A stretch of 64,000 nt of DNA from an uncultured Chloroflexia bacterium (GTDB lineage: Bacteria > Chloroflexota > Limnocylindria > QHBO01), in the NCBI GenBank assembly GCA_963787025.1, contig CAWBBG010000011.1, forward strand, positions 61,862-125,861, in the 5' to 3' direction. Numbering within the stretch: position 1 is the first letter of the stretch; every line of letters starts with the position of its first letter. The position numbers and the translations under genes were made by a program. A model generated the notes under the pieces. It was not told where the DNA came from, did not search any database, and saw nothing but the letters and a program-made list of their open reading frames with translations. Of this stretch, positions 44,706-55,059 are shown in pieces.

Positions 44706-44831
44706 CGGACGGCGAGTGTACCGCACCGAACCTCGATCTCGACCTCGCCGGGCGGCCTCGCCGGTGACCCCGATGGGCGGGCGGCGCGGCCGCGGGTAGA
44801 ATCGGCGCCATCGCAGCAGGTGCGCAACGCC

Positions 44832-45653
44832 ATGACCCGGACGAAAGCGGCATGGCCGGCCGCGGTCGACCCGGCTCGCCGGATCGGCCGGGCGGTGGAG
44901 GTCCACGAGGAGATCGACTCGACGAACGAGCGTGCCCGTGCCCTCCTGGCAGACGCCGAACGGTGCCGGCGTGGCCGTCGTCGCCGACCTGCAGACCGCC
45001 GGCCGTGGACGGCACGGGCGCACCTGGAGCTCGCCCGCCGGGGTGAACCTGATGGTCTCGCGTCGGCCTGCGGCCGGCGATCGCCGCCGCGGATGCCTGG
45101 ATGCTTGAGCGCCGCCGCGGCGCTGGCCTTCGAAGGAGGCCTGCACGCGCGTGCTGCCGGCCGGCGTCCCGGCCCGGCCTCAAGTGGCCGAACGACCTCG
45201 TCGACGACAGCGGCCGCAAGCTCGCCGGGATCCTGGTCGAGACGGCGGTCGCCGGGCGCGGCTCGGGAACGCGGTGATCGGGACCGGCGTGAACGTCAAC
45301 TGGCCGCGCTGCCGACATGCCGGCCGAGATCGCGGGCGCGCCGATCGCGCTGTGCGACCTCGCGGGTGCCGCCGGTCGACCGGGTCGGCGCTCCTCGACG
45401 CGTACCTCGGCGACGCTCGACCGTGGCGTGCGGCGCTCTCGAGGCGGGGCATCGCCGCTGGATGCGCTACCGCACCGCGTCCTGGCTGGACGGCCGGCGC
45501 GGTGCGGGTCGGCAATGGGATGCGCGAGCTTGAGGGCCGGGTGACCGGCATCGGAGACGACGGAAGCGCTGCTGCTCGAGACCGATGACGGTCTGATGGG
45601 GCTCGACGCATGGCGAGGTGCTCCGCGTGGGCGAGGCGGTGACGATCCCGTGA
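44832..45653 (+). pseudogene. birA: biotin--[acetyl-CoA-carboxylase] ligase BirA, reading frame broken at least 5 times (or local consensus errors)
   Basis: BirA-like segments found in three frames in collinear order: IGRAVEVHEEIDSTNERA | GVAVVADLQTAGRGRHGRTWSSPAGVNLMVS | LKWPNDLVDDSGRKLAGILVET | AVIGTGVNVNW | LLDAYLG...YRTASWLDGRRVRVGNG...VTGIGDDG | ALLLETDDGLMG | HGEVLRVGEAVTIP. Confidence 0.75.
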
Positions 45654-46266
45654 CCGGCGAACGCCTCCCGCGATCCGCGCGCGAGCGCGCCGTCGGTCGC
45701 CGATCCCGACCTGGCGGCGGTCGCCGCCGCCCAGGCGGATGCCGCCGGCGTTCGACGTCGCTCTACCAGCCGCTACGTGGATCTCGTCTACTCCTACGCG
45801 TTCTTCCAGCTGGGTGACCATCACGACGCCGAGGACGCCACCGAGCGCACCTTCCTCGCGGCGCTGCGCGCCATCGGCTCGTTCCAGCGACCGCGGGGCC
45901 AGCTTCCGGGCCTGGCTCCTGCGCATCGCGCGAGAACACGATCATCAACAGCCACCGCAGCCGGTTCCGCCGTCGCACGACGAGGCTGGATGCGCTGCCG
46001 GTCCATCCGGCCGCGGTCGATGCCGACCCGGCTGCCTCACGGTCCGCGCCGACGAGCTGCGACGGGTGCGCGAAGCGCTCGCGGAGCTGCCCGAGGACCG
46101 GCGCCAGGTCGTGATCCTGCGTTTCACCGAAGGCCTCTCGGCGCGCGAGATCGGGGAGGTCCTGGACCGCTCGGATGGTGCGGTACGCGTTCTGCTTCAT
46201 CGCGCACTGCGGGACCTCGCGGACCGGCTCCTCGACACAACGGCGGGGTCGCAGCCGGGGGTGTAA
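45648..46266 (+). pseudogene. ECF-type RNA polymerase sigma factor, reading frame broken at least 3 times (or local consensus errors)
   Basis: Region 2 (DPDLAAVAAAQA.DAAAFDVLYQRYVDLVYSYAFFQLGDHHDAEDATERTFLAALRA... | ASFRAWLLRIAR | NTIINSHRSRFRRR) and region 4 (LAELPEDRRQVVILRFTEGLSAREIGEVLDRSDGAVRVLLHRALRDL) lie in different frames; GTG start would overlap the birA stop. Confidence 0.65.
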
Positions 46267-46352
46267 CGAATCGGCCTGCGCGGTGTTGGATACCATGGCA
46301 CAGGGCGCGTCACCCCGCCCACGTCCATGAGCAGCCCGCAGCAGGAGCCACG

Positions 46353-46718
46353 ATGATCGATCGCACCCCGGCCGAGCGGCTCGACCGCGCGCTGGATGCC
46401 CTGCTCGCCCAGGATGCCCCGGCTCCGGCCCCCGCCATGGCGCTCGACCCGCGTTTGCGACCGCTGCTCGTCACGGGCCGGCGCGTCCAGCTCGCCCTCG
46501 CTCCGCTCCCCGCCGGCGATCGGTTCGAGGCACGGCTGGCGCAGCGGCTCGCCCACGAGCGGCACCGTGGCCCTTCGTCGTGGCAATGGCCTCACCCGCC
46601 GGCCTGGCTGCTGCTGACCGGCGCCGTCTCATCGGCGGCGGTGGGCGTGGGCGTGGGCGCCTACGCCGTCTGGCGCGGGAACCGCCGCGGTGCGCTCCAT
46701 CGGCTCGTGGGGCGCTGA
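46353..46718 (+). CDS. putative anti-sigma factor (single-pass membrane protein)
   Basis: 121 aa directly downstream of the ECF sigma gene; RBS GCAGGAG; C-terminal TM helix (WLLLTGAVSSAAVGVGVGAYAVW). Confidence 0.55.
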   Translation: MIDRTPAERLDRALDALLAQDAPAPAPAMALDPRLRPLLVTGRRVQLALAPLPAGDRFEARLAQRLAHERHRGPSSWQWPHPPAWLLLTGAVSSAAVGVGVGAYAVWRGNRRGALHRLVGR

Positions 46719-46721
46719 CAG

Positions 46722-47747
46722 ATGCCCATCAAGTTCCCCTTCAGCCGCCGCCGCGCCGGTCCCACCGACGCATGGACGAAGTGCCCCAGCTGCGAGCAGC
46801 AGGTCTTCAACCGCCAGCTCGAGCGCAACCTGCGGGTCTGTCCCACATGCGGGCACCACTTCCGGATGGGCATCGGCGAGCGCATCGAGCTGCTGCTCGA
46901 TGAGGGGACCTTCGTCGAGCGGGACGCAGGCCTGTCGTCGGTGGACCCGCTGCACTTCGTCGACCAGAAGCGGTACCCGGACCGCCTCGAGGCGGCGCGG
47001 GTGAAGACCGGGCTCTCCGAGGCGGCGGTGTGGGGAATCGGCGCCGTCGATGGCCAGCGGGTCGCCGTTGGCCTCTTCGACTTCCGCTTCATGGGCGGCT
47101 CCATGGGGAGCGTCGTCGGCGAGAAGGTGGCCCGCTGCCTGGAGGCCGCGCTGGTCGAGCGCATCCCGGCGGTGATCGTGTCCGCCTCAGGGGGAGCGCG
47201 CATGCAGGAGGGCACCCTCTCGCTGCTCCAGCTCGCGAAGACGACGGCGCCCCTGGTGCACCTTGACGAGGGTGGCGTGCCGTTCATCAGCATCCTGACC
47301 GATCCGACCACCGGGGGCGTGCTGGCATCCTTCGCCTCGCTGGGGGACGCGATCATCGCCGAGCCGCGCGCGCTCATCGGATTTGCCGGCGCACGCGTCG
47401 CGAGCGGCACCGTTGGCGAGGAGCTGCCGGAAGGGTTCCAGTCGGCGGAGTTCCTCATGGAGCATGGCCTCGTCGATCTCATCGTCCCGCGAGCCGAGCT
47501 GCGCGGAACGCTGGTCCGGCTCCTCCGTCTCCTCCCGGTCGCAGCCGTCGCCGACGATTCGAGGGACGAGGCCGGCTCCCGGCCGTGGGGACCGATCGGT
47601 GCGCTCTCGGGCCTCGCGGAGCGCCTGGGCGGGGCTGTCAGCGAGACGATCGGGATCGATGCGGAGGCCGGCGCGACCCCGGCCAACGGAGACGGAGCCG
47701 GCGAGCGCAAGGGTGTCCGGACCACGGGCGCCGGCGAGCGGCGATGA
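46722..47747 (+). CDS. accD: acetyl-CoA carboxylase carboxyltransferase subunit beta
   Basis: N-terminal Zn ribbon CPSC...CPTC; carboxyltransferase domain (FMGGSMGSVVGEK). Confidence 0.9.
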   Translation: MPIKFPFSRRRAGPTDAWTKCPSCEQQVFNRQLERNLRVCPTCGHHFRMGIGERIELLLDEGTFVERDAGLSSVDPLHFVDQKRYPDRLEAARVKTGLSEAAVWGIGAVDGQRVAVGLFDFRFMGGSMGSVVGEKVARCLEAALVERIPAVIVSASGGARMQEGTLSLLQLAKTTAPLVHLDEGGVPFISILTDPTTGGVLASFASLGDAIIAEPRALIGFAGARVASGTVGEELPEGFQSAEFLMEHGLVDLIVPRAELRGTLVRLLRLLPVAAVADDSRDEAGSRPWGPIGALSGLAERLGGAVSETIGIDAEAGATPANGDGAGERKGVRTTGAGERR

Positions 47748-48772
47748 CCGAGGAGGCCGGCGTGGTGTCCGTCACCGGTGTGGAACGCGCAGCGGAGGCG
47801 ATGCCCGAGCTGGACCAGGCGGCGATCGACGCTGCGTGGACGCGAGTCCGCCTGGCGCGCCACGCGCAGCGGCCGCGCACCCTGGACCTGGTCCCGCGCA
47901 TCTTCGACGACTTCCTGGAGCTGCACGGGGACCGCGCCTTCCGCGACGACCCGGCGCTGGTGGGCGGGCCGGCGCTCCTTGCCGGGCGCGCGGTGATGGT
48001 GATCGGCCACCAGAAGGGGAACGACACCGACTCCAACATCTACCGCAACTTCGGTTCCGCGCACCCGGAAGGATTTCGAAAGGCGCAGCGCCTGATGCGC
48101 CTCGCGGACAAGCTGGGGCTGCCGGTCATCACCTTCCTGGACACCGCGGGCGCTTTCCCGGGTCCCGCTGCCGAGGAGCGCGGCCAGGCGGAGGCCATCG
48201 CGAGCTCGATCAAGCTGATGACCGGGCTGCAGGTGCCGATCGTGGTGGTGATCGTGGGCGAGGGAGGCTCGGGCGGTGCGCTCGCCATCGGGGTCGGTGA
48301 CCGGGTCCTGGCCCTCGAGAACGCGGTCTACGCGGTCATCTCCCCCGAGGGCTGCGCCGCGATCCTGTGGCGCGCACCCGAGGCCGCACCGGCCGCCGCC
48401 GCGGCGATGCGCATGACGGCCGCGGACCAGCTGGAGCTGGGCGTGATCGACCGGATCCTGCCGGAGCCCACCGAGGGCGCACACGTCGATCATGACGCGA
48501 CCGCATCGGTCATCAAGACGGCGCTCCTGGAGGAGCTGCAGGCGATCACGGCGCTCTCCACCGAGCGCCTGATCACGACGCGCTATGCTCGTCTGCGTCG
48601 GCTGGGCGCGTACCAGGAGCTGGGTGAGGCGGCGGCGGAGGCCGTGGCAGCCCCATCCCTGCAGCGGCGCCTTGGACGGCTCCTGCGGCTCCCCGGCGCG
48701 CCCCGCCGTCCCCGCTGGAGCGAGATCTGGCCGTCCGGCGAGGCCAGCGGCGATGACGAGGAAGGCGCATGA
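47744..48772 (+). CDS. accA: acetyl-CoA carboxylase carboxyltransferase subunit alpha
   Basis: Internal ATG in an ATGA overlap with accD; AccA signatures (VIGHQKG, FLDTAGAFPG, GEGGSGGALA). Confidence 0.9.
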   Translation: MTEEAGVVSVTGVERAAEAMPELDQAAIDAAWTRVRLARHAQRPRTLDLVPRIFDDFLELHGDRAFRDDPALVGGPALLAGRAVMVIGHQKGNDTDSNIYRNFGSAHPEGFRKAQRLMRLADKLGLPVITFLDTAGAFPGPAAEERGQAEAIASSIKLMTGLQVPIVVVIVGEGGSGGALAIGVGDRVLALENAVYAVISPEGCAAILWRAPEAAPAAAAAMRMTAADQLELGVIDRILPEPTEGAHVDHDATASVIKTALLEELQAITALSTERLITTRYARLRRLGAYQELGEAAAEAVAAPSLQRRLGRLLRLPGAPRRPRWSEIWPSGEASGDDEEGA

Positions 48773-49257
48773 CCGAGACGAGCGACGAGCTGGCCGGCAT
48801 CGAGGCGGCCGTCCGCGACCTGGTTCCCGACCTGAGCGAGCGGCTGACACGTCATGGCCTCGGGGAGATCGAGGTGCGCCGTGGCGACCTGCGCGTTCGG
48901 GTCACCCGCGGCGACCGCGCCGTGGCGCCGTCGCCGACCCAGGATCCGATGGCCGCCACGGGCAGCGGACCCGCCGCCGTGCAGGGCCGCGGGCCGGAGG
49001 CCGCTGTCGGGGGCACGCCGGCCTCAACGGGGCACGGCGTGAGCGCGCCGGCCGTCGGGTACTTCATCTACGGCGACGGACTTGGCCTCGGGCTCGCCGT
49101 CGAAAAAGGCGACCAGCTCGGCTACGTGGAGGTCCTGGGCGTGCGTCATGATGTCCGCGCCCCTCGGTCCGGCGTCGTGCGCACCCTGGTCACCGAAACC
49201 GGCGAGGCGGTCGAGTACGGCCAGGTGCTCATCGAGCTGGAGGCGCCGGCCTCGTGA
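48769..49257 (+). CDS. biotin/lipoyl-attachment-domain protein: BCCP paralog lacking the biotinyl-lysine (AMKM replaced by VLGVRHDV)
   Basis: Domain order parallels the canonical accB at 53426 (GLGEIEVRRGDLRVRV vs [16 protein letters not shown]; C-terminal hybrid-barrel ...GEAVEYGQVLIELE); Lys replaced by Arg at the aligned position; no alternative frame restores AMK. Confidence 0.7.
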   Translation: MTETSDELAGIEAAVRDLVPDLSERLTRHGLGEIEVRRGDLRVRVTRGDRAVAPSPTQDPMAATGSGPAAVQGRGPEAAVGGTPASTGHGVSAPAVGYFIYGDGLGLGLAVEKGDQLGYVEVLGVRHDVRAPRSGVVRTLVTETGEAVEYGQVLIELEAPAS

Positions 49258-50225
49258 CGCTCGCGCTGCTCTTCTCCCCGCAGGGGTCGCAGGCGGTCGG
49301 CATGGGCCGCGAGCTCGCCTCGGTCTCGCACGCCGCCCGTGCCCGCTTCGACGAGGCCGACGACCTCCTGGGCTGGTCCGTCTCGTCGACCTGCTGGGAC
49401 GGGCCGGAGGATCGCCTCAACGACACGCGGCAGACCCAGCCGTGCCTCTTCACGACCTCGCTGGCGGCGCTCGCTGCGCTCCGCGAGGCCGCCGCCGCTG
49501 CGGGCGTCCACGTTGCGCCGGCGCGGGTCGCGGGCCACTCGGTTGGCGAGTACGCGGCGCTCGTCGCCGCCGGAGCCCTGGGATTCGCCGACGGGCTGCG
49601 GCTCGTGACGCTCCGTGGCCGGCTGATGGCCGAGGCGGGGGTCAACGGCGGCATGGCCGCGGTGATCTCCCTCGAGCGTGAGCGAATCACCGCCATCATG
49701 CAGGAGACCGCCGCCGATGACGTCGTGATCGCCAACGACAACGCGCCCGGACAGGTGGTCATCTCCGGCACGCTGGCCGGAATCGCCGCGCTGGAGCCGG
49801 CGCTCCAGGCGGCCGGCGCACGGCGCGTCATCCCGCTCAAGGTGAGCGGACCGTTCCATTCGCCGCTCATGGCGCCGGTCGGCACCGCGCTTGCCGAGGC
49901 CTTCGACGGCGTGGCCTGGCACGACGCAGCCCCACCGGTTGTCAGCAACGTGACGGCGGAGCCCGTCTCGGACGCCGCGGCGATCCGCGCGCTCCTCGCC
50001 CGGCAGGTGCGCTCGCCGGTCGAGTGGGTCGCCGGCGTGCGACAGATGGTGGCCGATGGCGTCGACACCTTCATCGAGTGCGGGTCCGGCAGTGCCCTGG
50101 TGGGCATGGTCCGGCGCATCGCGCCAGAGGCCCGGACCTTCGCTGTCTCGGACGCGGCGTCACTCGCTGCGGTCGTCGAGGCGCTCGCGGAGCTGCGGCC
50201 CGCCGCATCGGGAATATCAGCCTGA
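49254..50225 (+). CDS. fabD: ACP S-malonyltransferase
   Basis: GHSVGE active site, GQGSQ-like LFSPQGSQ N-terminus; GTG start overlaps upstream gene. Confidence 0.9.
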   Translation: MTLALLFSPQGSQAVGMGRELASVSHAARARFDEADDLLGWSVSSTCWDGPEDRLNDTRQTQPCLFTTSLAALAALREAAAAAGVHVAPARVAGHSVGEYAALVAAGALGFADGLRLVTLRGRLMAEAGVNGGMAAVISLERERITAIMQETAADDVVIANDNAPGQVVISGTLAGIAALEPALQAAGARRVIPLKVSGPFHSPLMAPVGTALAEAFDGVAWHDAAPPVVSNVTAEPVSDAAAIRALLARQVRSPVEWVAGVRQMVADGVDTFIECGSGSALVGMVRRIAPEARTFAVSDAASLAAVVEALAELRPAASGISA

Positions 50226-51604
50226 TGTTCAGCAAGATCCTGATCGCCAACCGCGGCGAGATCGCCGTCCGCATCCTGCGTGCCTGTCGGGACCTGGGGG
50301 TCCCCGCCGTGGTGGCCCACTCAGAGGCGGACCGCGACACCCTGGCGGTACAGATGGCCGACGAGACGATCTGCATCGGCCCGGCCGAGGCGCGGCGCAG
50401 CTACCTCAACCAGCCTGCGGTCGTCTCGGCGGCGCTGGTGTCGGGGTGCGACGCCATCCACCCCGGGTATGGATTCCTCTCCGAGGATGCCGGTTTCGCG
50501 GAGGTGTGCGCTGCCCACGACCTGCACTTCATCGGTCCGCGCGCGGAGGTGCTCGAACGCTTCGCGAGCAAGTACGCGGTCCGCCGCATGCTCGCCGCGA
50601 ACGGCCTTCCCACCGTGCCGGGCTCGCGGGGGATCGTGACGGACCTCAACGACGCGCTCGACCAGGCCGCGGAGGCCGGCTACCCGGTCCTCCTCAAGCC
50701 GTCCGCCGGCGGCGGGGGACGCGGCATGCGCCTGGTCCGTTCGCCACGCGAGATGGAGACGTCGCTGCCGCTCGCTCGCTCAGAGGCGCAGGCCGCCTTC
50801 GGGGACGACTCGATCTACTTCGAGAAGTGGATCGAGGAGAGCCGCCACGTCGAGGTCCAGGTGCTGATCGACCAGCACGGCAACGGGGTCCACATCGGCG
50901 AACGCGACTGCAGTGTCCAGCGTCGCCACCAGAAGATCATCGAGGAAGGACCGTCGCCGGCCATGACCGATGCCGCCCGCGAACGGCTGCGCGACCTCGC
51001 CATCCGCTCCGTGCTGGCCGCCGGCTACGAGAGCGCCGGCACCCTCGAGTTCCTCCTCGACGCCGAGGGCAACTTCTACTTCATCGAGATCAACTGCCGG
51101 ATCCAGGTCGAGCATCCGGTGACCGAGGCGCTCACCGGCCTTGACCTGATCACGGAGCAGATCCGGCTTGCCGCCGGCGAGCCGCTCGCCTGGCGCCAGG
51201 AGCAGATCACCTTCCGCGGCCACGCCATCGAGTTCCGGATCAACGCGGAGGATCCGGGCGACAACTTCGCGCCGCAGGCCGGCACGATCGAGGCTCTGAC
51301 CCTGCCCGGCGGTCCCGGCGTTCGCGTCGACACCCACCTCTACCCGGGCTACGAGGTGCCACCGTTCTACGACTCGCTCCTGGCCAAGCTCGTCGTCTGG
51401 GGCGAGACGCGCGACGAGGCGCTCGCCCGCTCGAGGCGCGCCCTGGCGGAGTTCCGGGTCGACGGGGTGCGAACCAACATCCCCTTCCATCGCGGCATCG
51501 TGAACAACGACGCCTTCCTCGAGGCCAGGGTCAGCACGAACCTGCTCGACCGGATTGGTCCGGCCCCCTTCCTGGCCGGGGCCGAGCGGAGCGCGAGCGC
51601 ATGA
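50225..51604 (+). CDS. accC: acetyl-CoA carboxylase biotin carboxylase subunit
   Basis: [18 protein letters not shown]-terminus; ATP-grasp; TGATG overlap with fabD. Confidence 0.95.
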   Translation: MFSKILIANRGEIAVRILRACRDLGVPAVVAHSEADRDTLAVQMADETICIGPAEARRSYLNQPAVVSAALVSGCDAIHPGYGFLSEDAGFAEVCAAHDLHFIGPRAEVLERFASKYAVRRMLAANGLPTVPGSRGIVTDLNDALDQAAEAGYPVLLKPSAGGGGRGMRLVRSPREMETSLPLARSEAQAAFGDDSIYFEKWIEESRHVEVQVLIDQHGNGVHIGERDCSVQRRHQKIIEEGPSPAMTDAARERLRDLAIRSVLAAGYESAGTLEFLLDAEGNFYFIEINCRIQVEHPVTEALTGLDLITEQIRLAAGEPLAWRQEQITFRGHAIEFRINAEDPGDNFAPQAGTIEALTLPGGPGVRVDTHLYPGYEVPPFYDSLLAKLVVWGETRDEALARSRRALAEFRVDGVRTNIPFHRGIVNNDAFLEARVSTNLLDRIGPAPFLAGAERSASA

Positions 51605-52137
51605 ATGACGAAAGGGACGTGATGCCCGAGACGACCCCTGCCGCCATGGACGTGGCCCCAACCATCGATCCACCCCTGCCCTGGGAGGCGGCGGAGATCA
51701 TGCGGGTGATCCCGCATCGGTATCCCTTCCTCCTGATCGATCGCGTCATCGAGCTCGAGCGCGGCAAGCGCGTGGTCGCCGTCAAGAACGTCACGGCCAA
51801 CGAGCCGCAGTTCACCGGCCACTTCCCGGAGCGACCGATCATGCCCGGCGTCCTGATGGTCGAGGCGATGGCCCAGGCCGGTGCCGTCGCCGTCCTCTCG
51901 CTGGAGGAGAACCGCGGCAAGCTGGCCCTCTTCGCGGGGATCGACGAATGCCGGTTCCGGCGAACGGTCGTCCCGGGCGACACCCTGCGGATCGAGGTCA
52001 CCGTGGACAAGCTGGCGCGGCTCTTCGGCCGGGCGCACGCGACCGCGAGCGTTGGCGACGAGGTGGCCGTCGAAGCAGTCCTCTCCTTCGTCATCCCCCG
52101 CGACCAGTCGATCGCCGGGGGTCGCACCGATGGATGA
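51601..52137 (+). CDS. fabZ: 3-hydroxyacyl-ACP dehydratase FabZ
   Basis: [16 protein letters not shown]...PIMPGVL hotdog motifs; start may be a downstream ATG (51622 or 51646). Confidence 0.85.
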   Translation: MNDERDVMPETTPAAMDVAPTIDPPLPWEAAEIMRVIPHRYPFLLIDRVIELERGKRVVAVKNVTANEPQFTGHFPERPIMPGVLMVEAMAQAGAVAVLSLEENRGKLALFAGIDECRFRRTVVPGDTLRIEVTVDKLARLFGRAHATASVGDEVAVEAVLSFVIPRDQSIAGGRTDG

Positions 52138-53429
52138 CCAACCGGTTCGGCGCAGCTTCGAGGAGCGCGGCGAACGTCGGGTGGTGGTGACCGGCATGGG
52201 GGCCATCACGTCGCTCGGCAACGACGTCGCGAGCACCTGGGAGGCGATGCAGGCGGGACGCAGCGGGATTGGCCCTATCACCCTGTTCGACCCGTCCAAC
52301 GTCGACGCCAAGATCGGCGGCGAGATCCGCGGCTTCGAACCCGAGAGGATCATGCCGCGCAAGGAGATCCGGCGCAACGACCGCTACATCCATTACGCGT
52401 GGGCGGCGACCACCGAGGCCCTCGCAGACGCCGGCCTGCCGAACCCGATCGACAGCGAGGAGCTTGCGGAGCGAACGGGCGCCATCATCGGCTCGGGGAT
52501 CGGTGGGATCAACACCATGATCCGGGACATCATCGAGGCCCACGAGTACGGGATGCATCGGGTGGGCCCGTTCCTGGTGACGGCCATGATCGCGGACATG
52601 GCGCCCGGCTACGTCGCCATCTACGCCAACGCTCGCGGACCCAACTACACGACGGTCAGCGCCTGCGCGAGCAGCAACCACGCCATCGGTGATGCGCTGA
52701 ACATCATCCGCCGCGGTGACGCCGACGTGATGATCGTGGGGGGCGCGGAGGCGGGAATCGGCGAGATCCCGGTCGCCGCCTTCAGCGCCATGCGGGCGCT
52801 CTCGACGAAGCGCAACGACGAGCCGCAGAAGGCATCACGCCCCTTCGACGCGCAGCGCGACGGCTTCGTGATGGGCGACGGCTCCGGCATCCTGGTGCTC
52901 GAGGCGCTCGACCATGCCCGGGCCCGGGGCGCGGGCATCCACGCCGAGCTGGTTGGCTACGCCGCCACGGACGACGCCTCGCACATCACCCTGCCGGCGC
53001 CCGGTGGCCGCGGCGCGGTCGCGAGCATGCGCCTGGCGCTGGCCGACGCCGGCCTGGCGGACCGACGCCGTCGACTACATCAACGCCCACGGCACGAGCA
53101 CGCTGGCGAACGACAGCGCGGAGACGGCCGCGATCAAGACCGTCTTCGGCGAGCGCGCCGCCGCCATCCCCGTCTCATCCACGAAGTCGATGACCGGTCA
53201 CATGCTGGGTGCCGGCGGCGGCGTCGAAGCGATCGCCTGCGTGCGGGCCATCGAGGATGGGGTGGTGCCGCCCACGATCAACTACGAGTACCCCGATCCG
53301 GCCTGCGACCTCGACTACGTCCCGAACCGGGCGCGGCCGGTTGCGGTGCGCGTCGCGATCAGCAACTCCTTCGGCTTCGGCGGGCACAACGCGACCATCG
53401 TCCTTCGCCGCTGGGAGGACGCCGGGTGA
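52130..53429 (+). CDS. fabF: 3-oxoacyl-ACP synthase II; frame broken by one indel near 53055-53065
   Basis: [11 protein letters not shown], active-site Cys (SACASS); after the shift continues [17 protein letters not shown]...GHMLGAGG...[10 protein letters not shown]. Confidence 0.85.
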
Positions 53430-53932
53430 GCGAGCAGCTCGACGCGCAGGGTCCGGAGCGGGACGCCGAGCGCCGCAGCGCGATCCTGGCCGCCGTGGAC
53501 CGGCTGGCGCCGGCCTTCGTGGAGAGCGGCCTCGAAGAGCTCGAGGTCGAGTCCGGCGAGCTGCTGGTCCGCCTTGCTCGGCCACGCCCCGTGGCCGAGG
53601 CGACGCCCGGGGTGGCACAGGCGCCCCAGGCAGCTCCGCGGGCGCCCTCCGAGCCGGCACCGTCCTCGGCCTACGGCGAGCCGCAGCCGGGGATGCGCTT
53701 CGTGACGGTGCCGCTCACCGGGGTCTGGTATTCGGCGCCGTCGCCCGGGGCCCGGCCCTACGTCACGGAGGGGAGCGAGATCGCCACCGGGCAGGTGATC
53801 GGCCTGATCGAGGCGATGAAGCTCTTCAACGAGATCAAGTCGGATGCCGGCGGGACGGTCACCCGCATCCTGGTCGAAAGTGGCACGCTGGTGAAGCGCC
53901 AGCAGCCGGTTCTCGAGATCGATCCACGATAG
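53426..53932 (+). CDS. accB: acetyl-CoA carboxylase biotin carboxyl carrier protein (canonical, EAMKL)
   Basis: GTG start in a GTGA overlap with fabF; biotinylation motif [10 protein letters not shown]. Confidence 0.85.
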   Translation: MSEQLDAQGPERDAERRSAILAAVDRLAPAFVESGLEELEVESGELLVRLARPRPVAEATPGVAQAPQAAPRAPSEPAPSSAYGEPQPGMRFVTVPLTGVWYSAPSPGARPYVTEGSEIATGQVIGLIEAMKLFNEIKSDAGGTVTRILVESGTLVKRQQPVLEIDPR

Positions 53933-53976
53933 CCGCACCGAGCAGAGCCGGGAGCCGGCAGAGGAGGCACCAAGAC

Positions 53977-55059
53977 ATGACGAACGCGCTGATCACCGGA
54001 TGGGGCATGTATGCGCCCAAGCGCGTCCTCACCAACGACGAGCTGTCGAAGATCGTCGAGACCAGCGACGAGTGGATCGTGACCCGCACCGGGATTCGTG
54101 AACGCCGCATCGCGGCGGATGACGAGACGACCACGAACCTGGCAGTCAACGCCGCGCGCGACGCGTTGGCCGTGGCCGGGCTCTCCGCCGACGAGCTCGA
54201 CCTGGTGATCGTCGCGACCTGCTCGCCGGACTATCCGCTTCCCGCGACCGCGGTGCTGGTGGCGACCGAGCTTGGCGCCCGGCGCGCCGCGGGATTCGAC
54301 ATGCAGGCAGCCTGCTCGGGCTTCGTCTACGGCCTCGCGACGGGGACCAGCTTCATCCGCAGCGGGATGTACCGCAACGTGCTCCTCGTGGGGGTCGAGA
54401 TCCTGAGCCGGTTCATCGACTGGACGGATCGCGGCACGTGCGTCCTGTTCGGTGACGGGGCCGGCGCGGTCGTGCTCCAGGCGAGCGAGCAGCCCGGCGG
54501 CCTGCTGGGCGCGGATCTCTTCTCGGACGGCACGGGCGTGGAGGGGATCATCGTGCCGGCCGGAGGCACGGTCTGCCCGGCAGGGCCGGAGAGCGTCGCC
54601 GACCGCAAGCACTTCATCCGGATGCTGGGCAGCGAGGTCTACAGGTACGCGACCCGACAGCTCGCGGAATCGTCCCTGGCCGCGCTGCGGGCGGCAGGCA
54701 TGAGCGTGGACGAGGTGGATCAGTTCCTCTTCCACCAGGCCAACCTGCGGATCATCAACAGCGTTGCCGCGCATCTCCACATCCCGGCCGAGAAGACGTA
54801 CATCAACATCGAGCGGTACGGGAACACGTCGGCGGCGTCGGTGCCGATGGCGCTGGTGGAGGCCATCGCCGCGGGACGGATCAAGCCGGGAGACCGGCTC
54901 CTGATGGCGGCCTTCGGGGCAGGCTACACCGCTGGTGCCGCGGTGGTCGAGTGGACCGCAGATCCGGCGCGGGCGTTCCTGGCGCCGGGTGAGCAGACGC
55001 GTCTCGGCAGGCCCCGTGTGGAGGCGTCAAGCTTCACTGAGCCGATGGCGGTCCGGTGA
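53977..55059 (+). CDS. fabH: 3-oxoacyl-ACP synthase III
   Basis: RBS GAGGAGG; active-site Cys (AACSGF), His/Asn motifs (FHQANLRI, GNTSAAS). Confidence 0.9.
   Translation: MTNALITGWGMYAPKRVLTNDELSKIVETSDEWIVTRTGIRERRIAADDETTTNLAVNAARDALAVAGLSADELDLVIVATCSPDYPLPATAVLVATELGARRAAGFDMQAACSGFVYGLATGTSFIRSGMYRNVLLVGVEILSRFIDWTDRGTCVLFGDGAGAVVLQASEQPGGLLGADLFSDGTGVEGIIVPAGGTVCPAGPESVADRKHFIRMLGSEVYRYATRQLAESSLAALRAAGMSVDEVDQFLFHQANLRIINSVAAHLHIPAEKTYINIERYGNTSAASVPMALVEAIAAGRIKPGDRLLMAAFGAGYTAGAAVVEWTADPARAFLAPGEQTRLGRPRVEASSFTEPMAVR

Noticed and set aside
44205-44830. Upstream portion of the ORF 44205..45533 antisense to trpS
   Set aside because: Only the part from 44832 (MTRTKAAWPAAVDPARRIGRAVEVHEEIDSTNERA) is BirA-like; the rest is antisense open frame
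44706-44831. Possible T-box leader for trpS
   Set aside because: The divergent intergenic space is only about 125 nt, too short for a T-box riboswitch; no specifier/T-box sequence found
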